A DNA stretch of 64,000 nucleotides from Octopus sinensis (lineage: Eukaryota). A program made the position numbers and the translations under genes. The notes below the pieces were generated by a model. It made no database searches, was not told the DNA's origin, and saw only the letters and a list, made by a program, of their open reading frames with translations. Shown here in pieces: positions 40,679-53,976 of this stretch. The stretch spans positions 33,232,001 to 33,296,000 of the forward strand of contig NC_043009.1 of assembly GCF_006345805.1 (NCBI RefSeq), read 5' to 3'. How positions within the stretch are numbered: the stretch's first letter is position 1; every line of letters begins with the position of its first letter.

Positions 40679-41362
40679 GCCGATGTATATATGTATATAC
40701 TTATGTATATGCATGTATATGTGTGTGTGTTTCTATGCGTGTGGTGTGTATGTCACTTACTGTAAATATGTGTATATGTATATGTCTATATCTATCTGAA
40801 TGTTGCGTATAAAGCTCTGAAGGTAAGCAAGCATGTGTTTCAATACATATGTGTGTGTGTGTTGTATATATATGTATATATGTACATGTACAGGTGTGTG
40901 TATGAGTGCAGCTGCCAACATATGTCACTGTATCTTTGTACTTGGTTGGATATATGTATGTCTATCTGTGTATACGTATGTATATATGTAAGGTTGAGTA
41001 ACAGTGTGCGTGCGTGTGTGTGTTTGTGTGTGTGTGTGAATTTGCATACGTGCTTGCATGTTTGAGTAAATGTGCATTAAAGGGGAAGTGTTGTCTTTTA
41101 ATGCTGTTGTCCTCATTCCCTGTTTCGGCACCATCAACAACACTACCTCCCACACACACACACACACACACACACTTTCATCATCATCATCATCATAAGC
41201 TTCATCATCATTGTAGTTGTTGTCATTAGCCTCATCAACAACAATATCACTACAGGAATAGCTACGATATAAATATATAGAAACATACATACGTATACAC
41301 ACACATAAATACATACATACATTCACTACATTATATATATATATATTATATATATATACATT

Positions 41363-41413
<51 letters not shown>

Positions 41414-41460
41414 ATATATAATATATATATACATACATATATATATACAGAGAGAAGGCT

Positions 41461-41697
41461 GGTGCAAAAGTAGGTATACAGTTATGGAAAGAAAACCGTA
41501 TAATACTCATTCATTTATTTTTTAAAAATTAAGTTACGATTAAAGTATTATGAGAGTTATGATAAATGTATATTATGATTAACGACGCTGAAGATATCAA
41601 AAATGAGGCCAACTAATTTAATGTGCTAATAAATTAAGCATCATAATGAATTAAGTATTATAACATCGATGTGATACTGTATACCTACTTTTGCACC
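41461..41697. mobile_element. MITE with perfect 22-bp TIRs (Tc1/mariner-like)
   Basis: ggtgcaaaagtaggtatacagt at 41461-41482 and its exact reverse complement at 41676-41697, with (TA)n nearby on both sides. Confidence 0.75.
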
Positions 41698-41761
41698 CAA
41701 CATCGATATATATATATATGTATACATACATACATACATATATGTGTTTGTGTGTGTTTGA

Positions 41762-41813
<52 letters not shown>

Positions 41814-41934
41814 CATGCATACGCATATACACACATGTCAACTATTTCTTCATCTGTTTCTTCTGTCTTCTGTTTCTTTTCTTCTAATTTTTCTTTTTCT
41901 TCTCCTTTTTTCTTTCTTCCTATTATTATTATTA

Positions 41935-41983
<49 letters not shown>

Positions 41984-43068
41984 CATTATTATTATTATTA
42001 TTATTTATCATCCTCATCATTACTACTGTGCTCTTCTTTCATCGTTTTTCTCCTCCAATTCTAGCAGACTTAACAACTTCTACTTCAACATGAGATCAAT
42101 CATTATTAATGGTACCTTCAATATGGACAGTAGAATTTAAGAGTTAATATAACTACAGCTCTGCCTTGCATTCTTCTTGCCATTTTTTTTTTTTACTTCT
42201 TGTCAGCAAAGAAGCTCGCTCTCTATTTCTCTCTCTCACTGACTTTCTCTCGCTCTTTCTTATTTTATCACATCCACACACATGCACATATATACTCACA
42301 TACAAACTCGCCATCTTCCTTTTTCTCTCTCACCCATCTCACACCAGCTTCGCTTCGACAAAAGCCTTGTACCAATGAAATAATCACTTCAGATGAAAGA
42401 TGAAAGAATCTAAAAGAGGAGATCAAATCATGATCTTTGAATGACATAAGACTATAATGACAGGATAGTTACAATCTGCGATTTGATTTCTTCTGACTTC
42501 CTTCTTACATTGACATTTTCTTCCTATTTTCGTTCATGTCGGCTCTAAAAGAGCAAAATGCTAAAATAAGTCAGACCAATTTTTTGCAATATTTCCATAG
42601 ATTATTTTTTATAGAACTTTAATCATTTTTTGTCTCTTTTTTGATTTTTTATTTGCTGTTTTTATTTCTATTTTCTGGAACTATTCGGTAATATTTCACG
42701 AAAATTCTTCACACTACAAATTTCTTGCAATAAAAAAAAATCTCTCTTCATTTTGGATTTTTTGCTTTAATTTTTATTTTCCTTTTTATTAATAAACATA
42801 GATTTTTGCAAGTCACAGCTAAGAAAATATGTTAATGTTCGCGTCAGTATTTTCCATTTTATGAGTTAAGGGAAAAGAAATCTTGGTTTGCTTTTAAATT
42901 AAATTTTTGCTTTAATTTCACCAGTATAAATTCAGATTTATCTAAAACTTGTATTTCTTCTGTTTGACGCTTTCATTCTGATCAGAATTTTCTTGACAGA
43001 AACATTGTATGCATAAAAAGAAACAGCGCCTGAGTATCATATATCTGCACTGACTCATTTCCACATCA

Positions 43069-43155
<87 letters not shown>

Positions 43156-43760
43156 GATATATATATATATATATATATGTACATATATTATATATATATA
43201 CATATGCCGACTGACAACACAAAACCGATGTGTATGCGTATGTATGTGTGTCCGTCTGTCTGTGTGTATGTATCTTCAGGTGAGGGCAATGTCTTCTCAT
43301 GAATGTTTAAAAGTTTTGAATTTTTCAAAATATTGTTTCCGATTGCAACATGTTTAAGTTTAATGAAGAATTTCATAGAATGGTTTTCATACATTTCGAA
43401 GATTCATTAATTAGAGATTAATAACTAGATACGAACAATTACAAGTTGACTTCATGCTCAACATAAATGGTTCCGGAGGCAAGATTTCAATTTGTATAAT
43501 TATGGCAAATTGTTTGCAGAAATCTTTAGTTAGAAAGGTTGGCATGACACTATAGAGTTGACATCAATGAAAAGCCATCTTATTTATAAAGTTTTGTTCA
43601 TTAAAATATTTCATGAACAAAAGTATTGAGCAGTGATTCAAAGAAACTTTGATGTTTTTATTCCGTTCTATATTTGCCATGCATGTTTTCAATCAATAAG
43701 TCCTTAGCATGTTTTCATTGCTTGCATTATTTTATCTCACTCTGTATATATACACACACA

Positions 43761-43796
<36 letters not shown>

Positions 43797-43804
43797 TATT
43801 ATAT

Positions 43805-43847
<43 letters not shown>

Positions 43848-44046
43848 TAATTCTAAACGAAAATGTTTGAGTAACTTCGATGTTTTGCCGGCCAATGACT
43901 CAGCTGGCCGAAATTTTGATAAGTATAGAGAAACCCATCAGATTCATGTTTTCTTATACCCGAACATATATATATTCTTTAAAAACTCTTATGTTTTTCA
44001 AAAAAAATTTTCAATTAATTCTTTTCTAAATCCTCTTAAATTACCT

Positions 44047-44126
44047 CAGATGAGAGAAATGTAGATGATTGTTATGATTGGAAATAACTCAGCCATCTCA
44101 ACCTACATATTCTCGAAACGGCCGTC
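44047..44126 (+). ncRNA. Hammerhead-like remnant with long stem II
   Basis: CAGAUGA-GAGAA AUGUAG...CUACAU a UUCUC-GAAAC(ggcc)GUC with palindromic ACGGCCGU. No stem I pairing was found. Confidence 0.35.
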
Positions 44127-44321
44127 TTCTTAAAATCATCTTCTACCACAATTTCATCTCTTTGGATTCCTGCCTTACATTCATCTTCTAATATCCTCGT
44201 TGATTTCTTATACGGAGATACTACCTCATATGATCTCATGCAAGTACATTTATGATTTATATGTGTTTATATATTTGTATATTTGTATATTGTTATATCA
44301 TGTATATATATATATATATAT

Positions 44322-44820
44322 GGAAAAAAGGCAAGATAGAAAATGCTAAAATAATTTTATAAAAAAGATTTCAGTACCGGTTTCAGTCATTGAGACTTTT
44401 TCAACTGTAACAATTAGTTAATTAAATTTAGAAAAATTAAAAGATAAGTTTTTAAAAAGAATATTTGTATAGTGTTTAAATACAAGTGGCATTTTCCTTG
44501 TTTCTGCCTGTCTCTGTCTCTCTTGTTTACTCTTGTGGGTTCGAGGTCGTTGTGAATTCTTGGTAGGGAAGAAGAAGAAGAAGGAAAAGAAGGGGGAGAA
44601 GGAGGAGGAGGAGGAGGAGGAGGAGGAAGAGAAGAAAAATGTGGGAGTACCATGACAGTAGTATTTTGAATGATCAACAAATGACCCACAGTGGATGGTA
44701 GCAGTTGCTGTTCAGTTCATGAAAATATGTCTTTTGAATGTCTTGTTTATAGAATTTGCGTAGGTGTTATTCTAAACAGTATTAGTGATAAAGTTAGGAA
44801 GGAGAAGGAATGAGAAGAAG

Positions 44821-44852
<32 letters not shown>

Positions 44853-45116
44853 TTGTATTTGTGTTGTATTGTATTGAAGCGTGTGTATTTGTGTTATTCT
44901 AAGGCCGAGGTGGATATGTCGTTTGCCGTAGACGTGTTCAGAAGAGGCCTGTATTTTGTAATAAAGAGAGTTTCTTTACTAATTCATTTCAATCATTGAG
45001 ACTTTTTCAACTGTAACAATTAAATAATTAAATTTAGAAAAATTAAAAGAAAAGTTTTTTTAAAGGAATATTTGTATAGTGTTCAAATACAAGTGGCATT
45101 TTCCTTGTTTCTGCCA
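44322..45116 (-). mobile_element. Neptune-like PLE pLTR remnant with partial tandem pLTR
   Basis: Same terminal sequence as 35651-35860. The endonuclease end RISKETLFITKYRPLLNTST lies at about 44925-44985. 44986-45116 repeats 44385-44507. Confidence 0.8.
44373..44407 (-). ncRNA. Minimal hammerhead, U3-A8 type (core one A short in this copy)
   Basis: cag ttgaaa agtc tcaat gact gaaac cg gta ctg. The partial copy at 44986-45013 has the full ttgaaaa core. Confidence 0.55.
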
Positions 45117-47765
45117 TAACAACAGGTGTCTTTCGAATGGGGACGAATTGAATTCAGCTGAGTTCAAATTAATGTTTGGGTTGTATTTCTTTGAATTTTT
45201 AATCTATTTGATTTCTTGCTTCTTTATGCTTTTTTATTTTATTTATTTTGTAACAACAAAAGCAAGAATATGGTGGTATTACCTGGAATTTCTTGTTAAG
45301 AGAAGAGAGTTCTACTTAAAGGGAGATAATTGCTTCTATGTTTATGTTTCATATGTTGACTAATCATTATCAAAGAGTGAAGAGCATACATGTATACCTG
45401 TATAATTATTTTTTTCTCTCTGTTATTTCCATGCGATAAAGTCTTTAAAGTCAGTGGAATTGCACCATTTCATCCGTTTTCTAGATTTGTCAGCATTATA
45501 TATAATTCGGGATTTAGAATTAAGATAAATGTAATTAAAAACGATCTTTTTCTTTCTTTCTCTTTTACTCTTTCGTCTTCTAAAAGAGGAGAAAAGATGA
45601 GGGTGATAGAGATAGAGAGAAAAATAGCAAGAATATGAAGAAGAAGAAGAAGAAGAAGAAGAGAAGAAGAAGAAGAAGAAGAAGAGAAGAAGAAGAAGAA
45701 GAAGAAGAAGAAGAGGAGGAGGAGGAGGGAAGAATGAGATGTATGAGAATTGTCCAAACTTAAGCTAACATATAGCGGAGAGCAAATGAACTCGACAGAG
45801 TACAACTGACCTAAACGAAAAAAAAGTTTACAAACATAAGATTAAATATTAAAACAAAGCTAGATGCAAGAAAAGTAAACAAACATGAAAAGACTAACTA
45901 CTGTGGTAATAATTTCTAGTTGCATTATATTCGCTGTTTGACATTAAGTAAATTAACCAGACTAGACAGGAAAACAAGAGAGCATAATGACTGCTTTTAG
46001 ACTACATTTAGAATATACCATCCAACCACAGATAGATCTGTTACATTCCCAGAAAGAGTCGGAAACAATTATGAAATATCTACTATTGGACAACAAAAGT
46101 ATTTAGAAACGAATGAAGTGGAACTAAAAAAATATAGCTAAAAGACATGGAGAGTAAAAACAAAAATTAAGTGAGCTGTGATCGAGAGACTCTGTTTTCG
46201 TAGTTGATGAAGCGTAACGACTCACAAACATATGTCCTACGGTCCAGTCATTCATAGCTCTCAGTGACACAAGTAATTCATAAGGAATATTATCTCTCCC
46301 GAGAAAATTTCCACGGTGATGGCTTTTCCATGTCCAAGTGTACTTATAATTGTACATGCGTGTTAAATATAATTGTGCACAGCTAAATATAAAGCAGTTT
46401 TCTGTCTTCAAGGAAAGCATTATGTATACGTGAAATATGGCTGAAGTAGTTGATAGTTGGGAGATGAACGGAGAGAGAGTCACACAAAAGTGAAAACAGG
46501 GGGTGTGATAATTATAATAATGAAAAGAAAAACTTGAATATGGGCAACACCAAAGACTACAGGCCAAAGGTTGAGGGAGTGGGTATATTTTTTTCTATTT
46601 TTTATAACGGAAAATCAAACCTTCTCTGAGAATTTTCAATAACATAGAAAATGGCAATATTCAAAGGGTAACAGCAAAATTGACGGAGAGAGAAGAAACG
46701 ATTAATGACATTGTTTCTGGCCGCCCAATTTTAACCAATGATATTCACAGAGAAATAAGTACAAAGGACAATTGGGATACTGGTAACAATGAAAATGTAT
46801 GTCTCCTGCTCAATATATCACTCCTAATAGATGTCAGACGATGTCTAAAAGAAATACAGTAATTATACCATCACAAATATTTGCAAATAGAGGCAACCAG
46901 TGTCGTCTACATGCTTTGAACTATCCTCTCACCCGAAACGACAGCCATTTTTCTACCTCTCATAACAAATTTATTGACACACAACTTTTCTTTGAAAAAT
47001 ATCCAGATAGGGTATAAAAACTAACCAGGCTGGGAATAAATTTATATACGAATTTGAAACAGTATTATAGGAAAATACCGGTATGTATAACATTTATGGT
47101 GTTTATACAAACATAGAACAACACTGGCTGTAATGCATTTTGTCACGGAGAAACTTCAAAGAGACCTGTGTGTTAGAAAATAGAGGTCTTCGCTCAGAAT
47201 TGCGACGAATCAGCGGACACGTTGTTTCGACGTAATTCTTGCTTGGTTATTTTTCACACAAATTAGTTAACATTTCGTCAACGGATTTCTATTTTAGAAG
47301 ACGTATGTTCAGCATGGGTCACAGTATGCGTCACGGAGGAGTCCAAAATCAGATCGACGCACTATATTTGGCGATCTCCTACCATTCAAAGCGAAGCACT
47401 GTGTCTTTTAATGCGTAAGTCTCTTTGAGAATTTTCTCTGAGACAAAGTATTACATCTAGTGCTGCTCCGCGTACATTGTAAGTTAAATATACACACACA
47501 CACATATATACATACATATACATACAAACATACACAAATGTATATATATAATATATATATACTCATTTATCAAAATGTATGTGTGGGTATATATACATAT
47601 ATATATATATATACATACAAATATATATATACATATATATATACATATATACATACATATATACATATACATATATATATATACATACATATATATACAT
47701 ATATATATATGCATATATACATATACATATATGCATATATACATATATTCATACACATATCTACA

Positions 47766-47797
<32 letters not shown>

Positions 47798-48169
47798 CAT
47801 ATATATACATATATATATACATATATATATATATGTATATATGTATGTATGCATGTATGTATGTATGTATGTATGTATGTATGTATGTATGTATGTATGT
47901 ATGTATGTATGTGTGTATATACAAAGAGAGAGAGAAAAGACGACGGCATTCATACACTATATAGATGTTTTTAAATAGAGGACCAAAGATAAATGATTTT
48001 ATTGTTGTTTTCTTTAACCGTTGATTCAAAGAAAGTTGGTGATTTTTTTTTTTTCTTTCGTTTGTCTGATGAAGAAATTAGTTGCTAGGTGAGAGAAAAA
48101 GTGGCTGATATTTGCAGGAAGTTAGTATGACATGAAGAGTTGGAATATGCAAGCTATTTCATTTCTCTG

Positions 48170-48580
48170 ACAAACCTATTGAAAGTTAACTGGACACTGG
48201 TCTTTTCTTTCTCTTTGCATACCACTCAATAACGCAGCTTGCATATCAGCAACCGTTTGTGAAGAATTTTACAAGAAAAGGGTGACATTACATCCATCAT
48301 CTCCCAAACATATCATTGTTAATGGATTCTCATGGAGAACAAGTGTCATCTCTTTTATGAAGAACCATTGTAACTATTTTTCTTGTTCTTCAATTGCCTT
48401 AGTTTGAATGACCTCTCTGACATTGACTGTTCCTAATTCAATAAGGTCTTCACTCTATAATACTTTCTCGTCACATTAATTCTTCTATGTCATTCACATC
48501 AAACTTTAATTCAAGTTGCTCAGCAAGCTCCGACATTCTAGATGCCAACAGTATAATTCTTTATGGAGGCAGAAATAGGG
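48170..48580 (-). mobile_element. Degenerate pogo/Tigger-like transposase C-terminal remnant
   Basis: RMSELAEQLELKFDVNDIEELM...SEDLIEL and KEKEKTSVQLTFNRF resemble Tigger C-terminal motifs. Many stop codons. Confidence 0.35.
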
Positions 48581-49345
48581 TGGTTCGTTGGCAATGAAAT
48601 TGGTCGCAGAATCTTAGAATTGCAAATTTAATTTCTGTTACGATTAATATCACTCTACAGCATTGATTCTATAGCTAATAAAACGAATATCAAAACTTAA
48701 CAAGAGACAAAATCTGAAAATAAACACGAACAACATTGTAATGAATCCTTAAACACAAATAACATTTTCCAAAAAACCCAAACTTAGATTCCTATAATAT
48801 TCTGTATATGCAAACACTATATTGTAGTTATTCACAATATAAAGTTCATAATAGATGGGAATAAAACCTTACATAGCAAGGTTAAAAGACAGTAACTTTC
48901 AAGGTCGCATAGTAAAAAATGTCAAGGTTATATAACATCAAATGCCAAATTTACAAAATTGTCACATGTCAAAATTACTCCAACAACAATTGAAACAAAC
49001 TCCAGGTCAATACAATACGGTAATTCGATCCGCTACACAAACAACAGCGAAATCTCACCCCCACCCCCACCCCCACTTCACAATACACTCACAGTGTTTT
49101 AGAAAATGCAGCTCTTGATACACTATGTCTGAATAAAAGACAACATAGTCATGGCTGGAGTGCATTTAACCATAGTCCTGCTCTATGAGAGCTGAGAAAA
49201 ATCTAAAAAGCGAAAGATTTCAATGAAAGTAGTGATCTATGTCAGTTAGGAGATAGATTTTTATACGGAACGTTGCAGAAGATTGTGACATTTCGGATCT
49301 AAAATTCATTTGATACCTATATGTATATATGTATGTGTATGCATG

Positions 49346-49450
49346 TAGGTAGGTAGGTAGGTAGGTAGGTAGGTAGGTAGGTAGGTAGGTAGGTAGGTAG
49401 GAGGTAGTAGGTAGGTAGGTAGGTAGGTAGGTAGGTAGGTAGGTAATAGG
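49346..49450. repeat. (TAGG)n microsatellite
   Basis: Direct reading. Another tract lies at about 62540-62608. Confidence 0.9.
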
Positions 49451-50437
49451 TAGCTATATGTATAGATATGTATATATGTAATATATTCACATATATATGC
49501 ACATGCACATACATATACACACGCATATACATCAAAATATGAATATATATATATGTGTAGGTGGGTGTATGTGTGTGTGTACGTGTGCATATGTTACGTG
49601 TGTATGTATGCGTGTGTGAGTGTGTGATATACGATACATATGAAATTGTTTGAACTTTTCCCAATTTCAAAATTATTTGTAAATGTTCTTCAATGGTTGA
49701 CTCTTCTCTCCAAATAAATATTTGATATTGGAATAATTTATGTTGTAAAATTGAAATCAGGAAAATAGATATCCTGTTTTGATCTTTAATTTCTGAAATT
49801 TGCTCTATATTCTCTGCAGTATTTACTTAACTTTATCCGTCGAGTTTACTGTAATAGACAACACTACATGATGCCAATGTAGGAATCTTTCTAATGAAGA
49901 AATATGGATCAATATATAGCAGTATGGCCAAACACTTCACTGAGATAACAATTTGCTGTCTTTTCATCGCCAGGCAATGATATATTTATTTTCCAAGATA
50001 ATTCCATCCAATTCATTCTCTCCAAGACAAATGGTTGCAAAATGCAACCAATATTTCAGAGTCGAATAGAATTAAACTAATTTACTCTTTTAGTTTAAGA
50101 ATAACTGAAAATTTTCTGTATCACATCACTCTACTTCTCGTAACATTTTGTATTTCATTGTAAATAAATTAAAACTTGTTGTTGACTTTGAAATATTAAT
50201 CCCTCTTTCAAAAGAATCAATTACGAACAGTAAACTAGTTAATCTGTGGATTCCCAGCTACTAATCTATAATTATATTCTCTCATGCTGAATTTATTCTG
50301 ATTTAATTTGTATAAAACTCACACATTGCCATTTAACAATAGTATCACGTGGTAATAGTATATGCGATTTGTTCATTAAAGCGAGAATGACAAATAATAT
50401 CGTAGAACATAACTGGCGAACGTTTAATATCCACAAT

Positions 50438-50822
50438 GCGTGGCTCTGTGGCAAGAACCTTGCCTTCCAGCCGCGTGGTTTGGGGTTCAGTCTGAATGCA
50501 TGGCAGTTTAGAAGAGTCTGTAAGTATATCCGCGGGGGATACCAAAGCCCTCTGAGTGGATATGATAAACAGAAACTGAAAGAAGCCCGTGGTATGTGTG
50601 CGTGTGTGTACGTGTGTGTGTGCGCGCGTGTGTCTTCATGTCTGTGTTTGTCTCCCACACGGCTTGACAACCAGTGTTGGTGTGTTTACGTCCACAAGAA
50701 CCGATGCAATAAGTTCCAGGCTTAAAGAAATAATGACTGGGGTAGATTCATTCGACTAAACTCCTTCAAGGTGGTGCCCCAGCATGACCGCAGTCTAATG
50801 ACTGAAACAAATAAAAGATAAA
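50438..50822 (+). mobile_element. Composite SINE family B copy
   Basis: Head gcgtggctctgtggcaag...ggttcagtc, then gaaactgaaagaagcccgt, a (GT)n spacer, and tail ccagcatgaccgcagtctaatgactgaaacaa. Confidence 0.75.
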
Positions 50823-50829
50823 GCATAAT

Positions 50830-51180
50830 GAACTGTTCCTACATCTGGGACGATGATGCATGTTTGGACAGAGACACCCAACACAGCATCCAGAGAAAAG
50901 CCATGTCACTACTCAAGATGAAGTCGATCCGATCCCCAGCAGATTACACCAAGTCTCTGTCTTTTAAACCACGACTACAAAGGATTCTGCTCTGTGGCGC
51001 TGACTGATTTTCATTCATTTCCCTTCAGGAACCCACTTATCTCTGCTTTCCCCCATCACCTATACTGTGACCAAACCTACGTTAATAATACTCACAGGCC
51101 TTTCAGCCCTTCACGCTGATTCTCTTGACTATCCCCTTCACAGCTCTTTCCAGCAGACGCCAGTTTAAGTGAAATGCTAG
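50830..51180 (+). mobile_element. Old CR1/Jockey-group LINE 3' coding remnant
   Basis: YIWDDDACLDRDTQHSIQRKAMSLL and YKGFCSVALTD resemble IW.GA...LD.IQRKA..LI and YY.G.CS.EL. Confidence 0.35.
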
Positions 51181-51367
51181 CGTTATCAATTACACTCGCT
51201 CAAACTCACACACACACATTTGACACAAGTCAAATGTATAGCGCGTACATTCTACAATTTCAGAATCAGATCACTGAACAGTTTCGATCTTCAATTTTCA
51301 TCTGTTTATTTAAATTCGACTTAATATGATGCAAAGAAGAAACAGCACATGATATGCATGTGCGTGC

Positions 51368-51415
<48 letters not shown>

Positions 51416-51595
51416 AAAAAGAACAGCTTATAATTATATATGCAAATATATATACACACACATACACACACAAACACATATCTGATAATATATACCTGTA
51501 TAATATATATATATACACCGGAGTAAGCACATAAATGTGAAACAAGATGGAAAAATTGGTACTAGAATACCAGAGGTAGAGTAATATGCTTTTTT

Positions 51596-51704
51596 TAAAA
51601 AGCAGCAGAAATATCACAAAAACTGTTACTCGTTCACGGTCCCGCTCCGACGAACGAGAACGTGAAACTGAGTAACAGTTTTTGTGATATTTCTGCTGCT
51701 TTTT
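51596..51704. repeat. About 36-bp perfect inverted repeat enclosing a hammerhead-like motif (PLE pLTR inversion junction)
   Basis: aaaaagcagcagaaatatcacaaaaactgttactc versus gagtaacagtttttgtgatatttctgctgcttttt. The inner motif CCGACGA-ACG(agaa)CGT-GAAAC(tga)GTA-acag is at 51647-51678. Confidence 0.75.
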
Positions 51705-52131
51705 AATATAGTATATATATATATATATATATAGTAGGTTTATATATATATATATATATATATAGTAGGTTTATATAAATGTATGTATAAAGACCCATAT
51801 ACAGCCGAAATATGTATATGCCTATATATATATATATATATATAATTTCAACAATTGAGGGCAAAATTAATTAATTATTAATCAATTTCACCAAGTGTTC
51901 AGTGTGCAAAGGGACCATTCAAGGCGAATTCAAATTATTACATTATATAAAAGGGCTTAGTAAAATAAATTACTTTGCCGCATACTGAACTCATTAGAAA
52001 TAGCAGCTAAAAAACTTTTTTAAGGCTATTTCTAATACTTAAAGAAAATCTCTCTCATATATAGTGTTTGCATAATTTAACTCACAAAAGTTTGGGGTAA
52101 TGACATCGAAAAATCAAATGCTAAGGTTATT

Positions 52132-52183
52132 CGAGAACGTACGTTTCAAGATTAGTCAAAACAACATTTCTATCATCGGCTCG
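52132..52183 (-). ncRNA. Hammerhead-like motif, CCGAUGA core (unit 1)
   Basis: Reverse complement of the motif at 52655-52706. Confidence 0.65.
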
Positions 52184-52654
52184 GAAATTCCTTGGTTTGG
52201 ATTTGGAAACACTGAAAATAAGAACATACCCTCTCGAAGATCTGCTCCCAACTAACAGTGTCAACAAATTCAAAATAAGCAAGCGAAGAATCTCTGTTCT
52301 CCCCTTTCCACCAGCGTGGGTTAAAATCATCAAACTCTATGCTTATTTCGGTAAAGTCCGAAGCATTAATCAGAGGGAGATTAATTATAATTTCAACAAT
52401 TGAGGGCAAAATTAATTAATCAATTAATTTTGCCCTCAATTGTTGAAATTATAATTAATCTCCCTCTGATTAATGCTTCGGACTTTACCGAAATAAGCAT
52501 AGAGTTTGATGATTTTAACCCACGCTGGTGGAAAGGGGAGAACAGAGATTCTTCGCTTGCTTATTTTGAATTTGTTGACACTGTTAGTTGGGAGCAGATC
52601 TTCGAGAGGGTATGTTCTTATTTTCAGTGTTTCCAATCCAAACCAAGGAATTTC

Positions 52655-52706
52655 CGAGCCGATGATAGAAATGTTGTTTTGACTAATCTTGAAACGTACG
52701 TTCTCG
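52655..52706 (+). ncRNA. Hammerhead-like motif, CCGAUGA core (unit 2)
   Basis: CGAG-CCGAUGA-u AGA aau GUU(guuuu)GAC uaa UCU u-GAAAC(guac)GUU-CUCG. Stem I is 4 bp, with a perfect palindrome AACGUACGUU and a GUU triplet. Confidence 0.65.
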
Positions 52707-53197
52707 AATAACCTTAGCATTTGATTTTTCGATGTCATTACCCCCAAACTTTTGTGAGTTAAATTATGCAAACACTATATATGAGAGAGATTTTCTTTAA
52801 GTATTAGAAATAGCCTTAAAAAAGTTTTTTAGCTGCTATTTCTAATGAGTTCAGTATGCGGCAAAGTAATTTATTTTACTAAGCCCTTTTATATAATGTA
52901 ATAATTTGAATTCGCCTTGAATGGTCCCTTTGCACACTGAACACTTGGTGAAATTGATTAATAATAATTAATTTTGCCCTCAATTGTTGAAATTATAATT
53001 AATCTCCTCTGATTAATGCTTCGGACTTTACCGAAATAAGCATAGAGTTTGATGATTTTAACCCACGCTGGTGGAAAGGGGAGAACAGAGATTCTTCGCT
53101 TGCTTATTTTGAATTTGTTGACACTGTTAGTTGGGAGCAGATCTTCGAGAGGGTATGTTCTTATTTTCAGTGTTTCCAAATCCAAACCAAGGAATTT

Positions 53198-53249
53198 CGA
53201 GCCGATGATAGAAATGTTGTTTTGACTAATCTTGAAACGTACGTTCTCG
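53198..53249 (+). ncRNA. Hammerhead-like motif, CCGAUGA core (unit 3)
   Basis: Identical to unit 2. Confidence 0.65.
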
Positions 53250-53742
53250 AATAACCTTAGCATTTGATTTTTCGATGTCATTACCCCCAAACTTTTGTGA
53301 GTTAAATTATGCAAACACTATATATGAGAGAGATTTTCTTTAAGTATTAGAAATAGCCTTAAAAAAGTTTTTTAGCTGCTATTTCTAATGAGTTCAGTAT
53401 GCGGCAAAGTAATTTATTTTACTAAGCCCTTTTATATAATGTAATAATTTGAATTCGCCTTGAATGGTCCCTTTGCACACTGAACACTTGGTGAAATTGA
53501 TTAATAATTATTAATTTTGCCCTCAATTGTTGAAATTATAATTAATCTCCCTCTGATTAATGCTTCGGACTTTACCGAAATAAGCATAGAGTTTGATGAT
53601 TTTAACCCACGCTGGTGGAAAGGGGAGAACAGAGATTCTTCGCTTGCTTATTTTGAATTTGTTGACACTGTTAGTTGGGAGCAGATCTTCGAGAGGGTAT
53701 GTTCTTATTTTCAGTGTTTCCAAATCCAAACCAAGGAATTTC

Positions 53743-53794
53743 CGAGCCGATGATAGAAATGTTGTTTTGACTAATCTTGAAACGTACGTTCTCG
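53743..53794 (+). ncRNA. Hammerhead-like motif, CCGAUGA core (unit 4)
   Basis: Identical to unit 2. Confidence 0.65.
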
Positions 53795-53976
53795 AATAAC
53801 CTTAGCATTTGATTTTTCGATGTCATTACCCCCAACTTTTGTGAGTTAAATTATGCAAACACTATATATGAGAGAGATTTTCTTTAAGTATTAGAAATAG
53901 CCTTAAAAAAGTTTTTTAGCTGCTATTTCTAATGAGTTCAGTATGCGGCAAAGTAATTTATTTTACTAAGCCCTTT

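Noticed and set aside
43870-43925. cggcc/ggccg hairpin followed by GAAAT as an HHR
   Set aside because: No acceptable catalytic core upstream.
52463-52505. ctctgatta...ccgaaata as a second hammerhead in the 544-bp unit
   Set aside because: G8 is missing and there are 7 unpaired extra nt before stem II. It is better explained as a simple hairpin.
52127-53799. Repeated 68-118 aa ORFs in the 544-bp units
   Set aside because: They occur on both strands, are broken differently by indels between copies, and show no domain motif.
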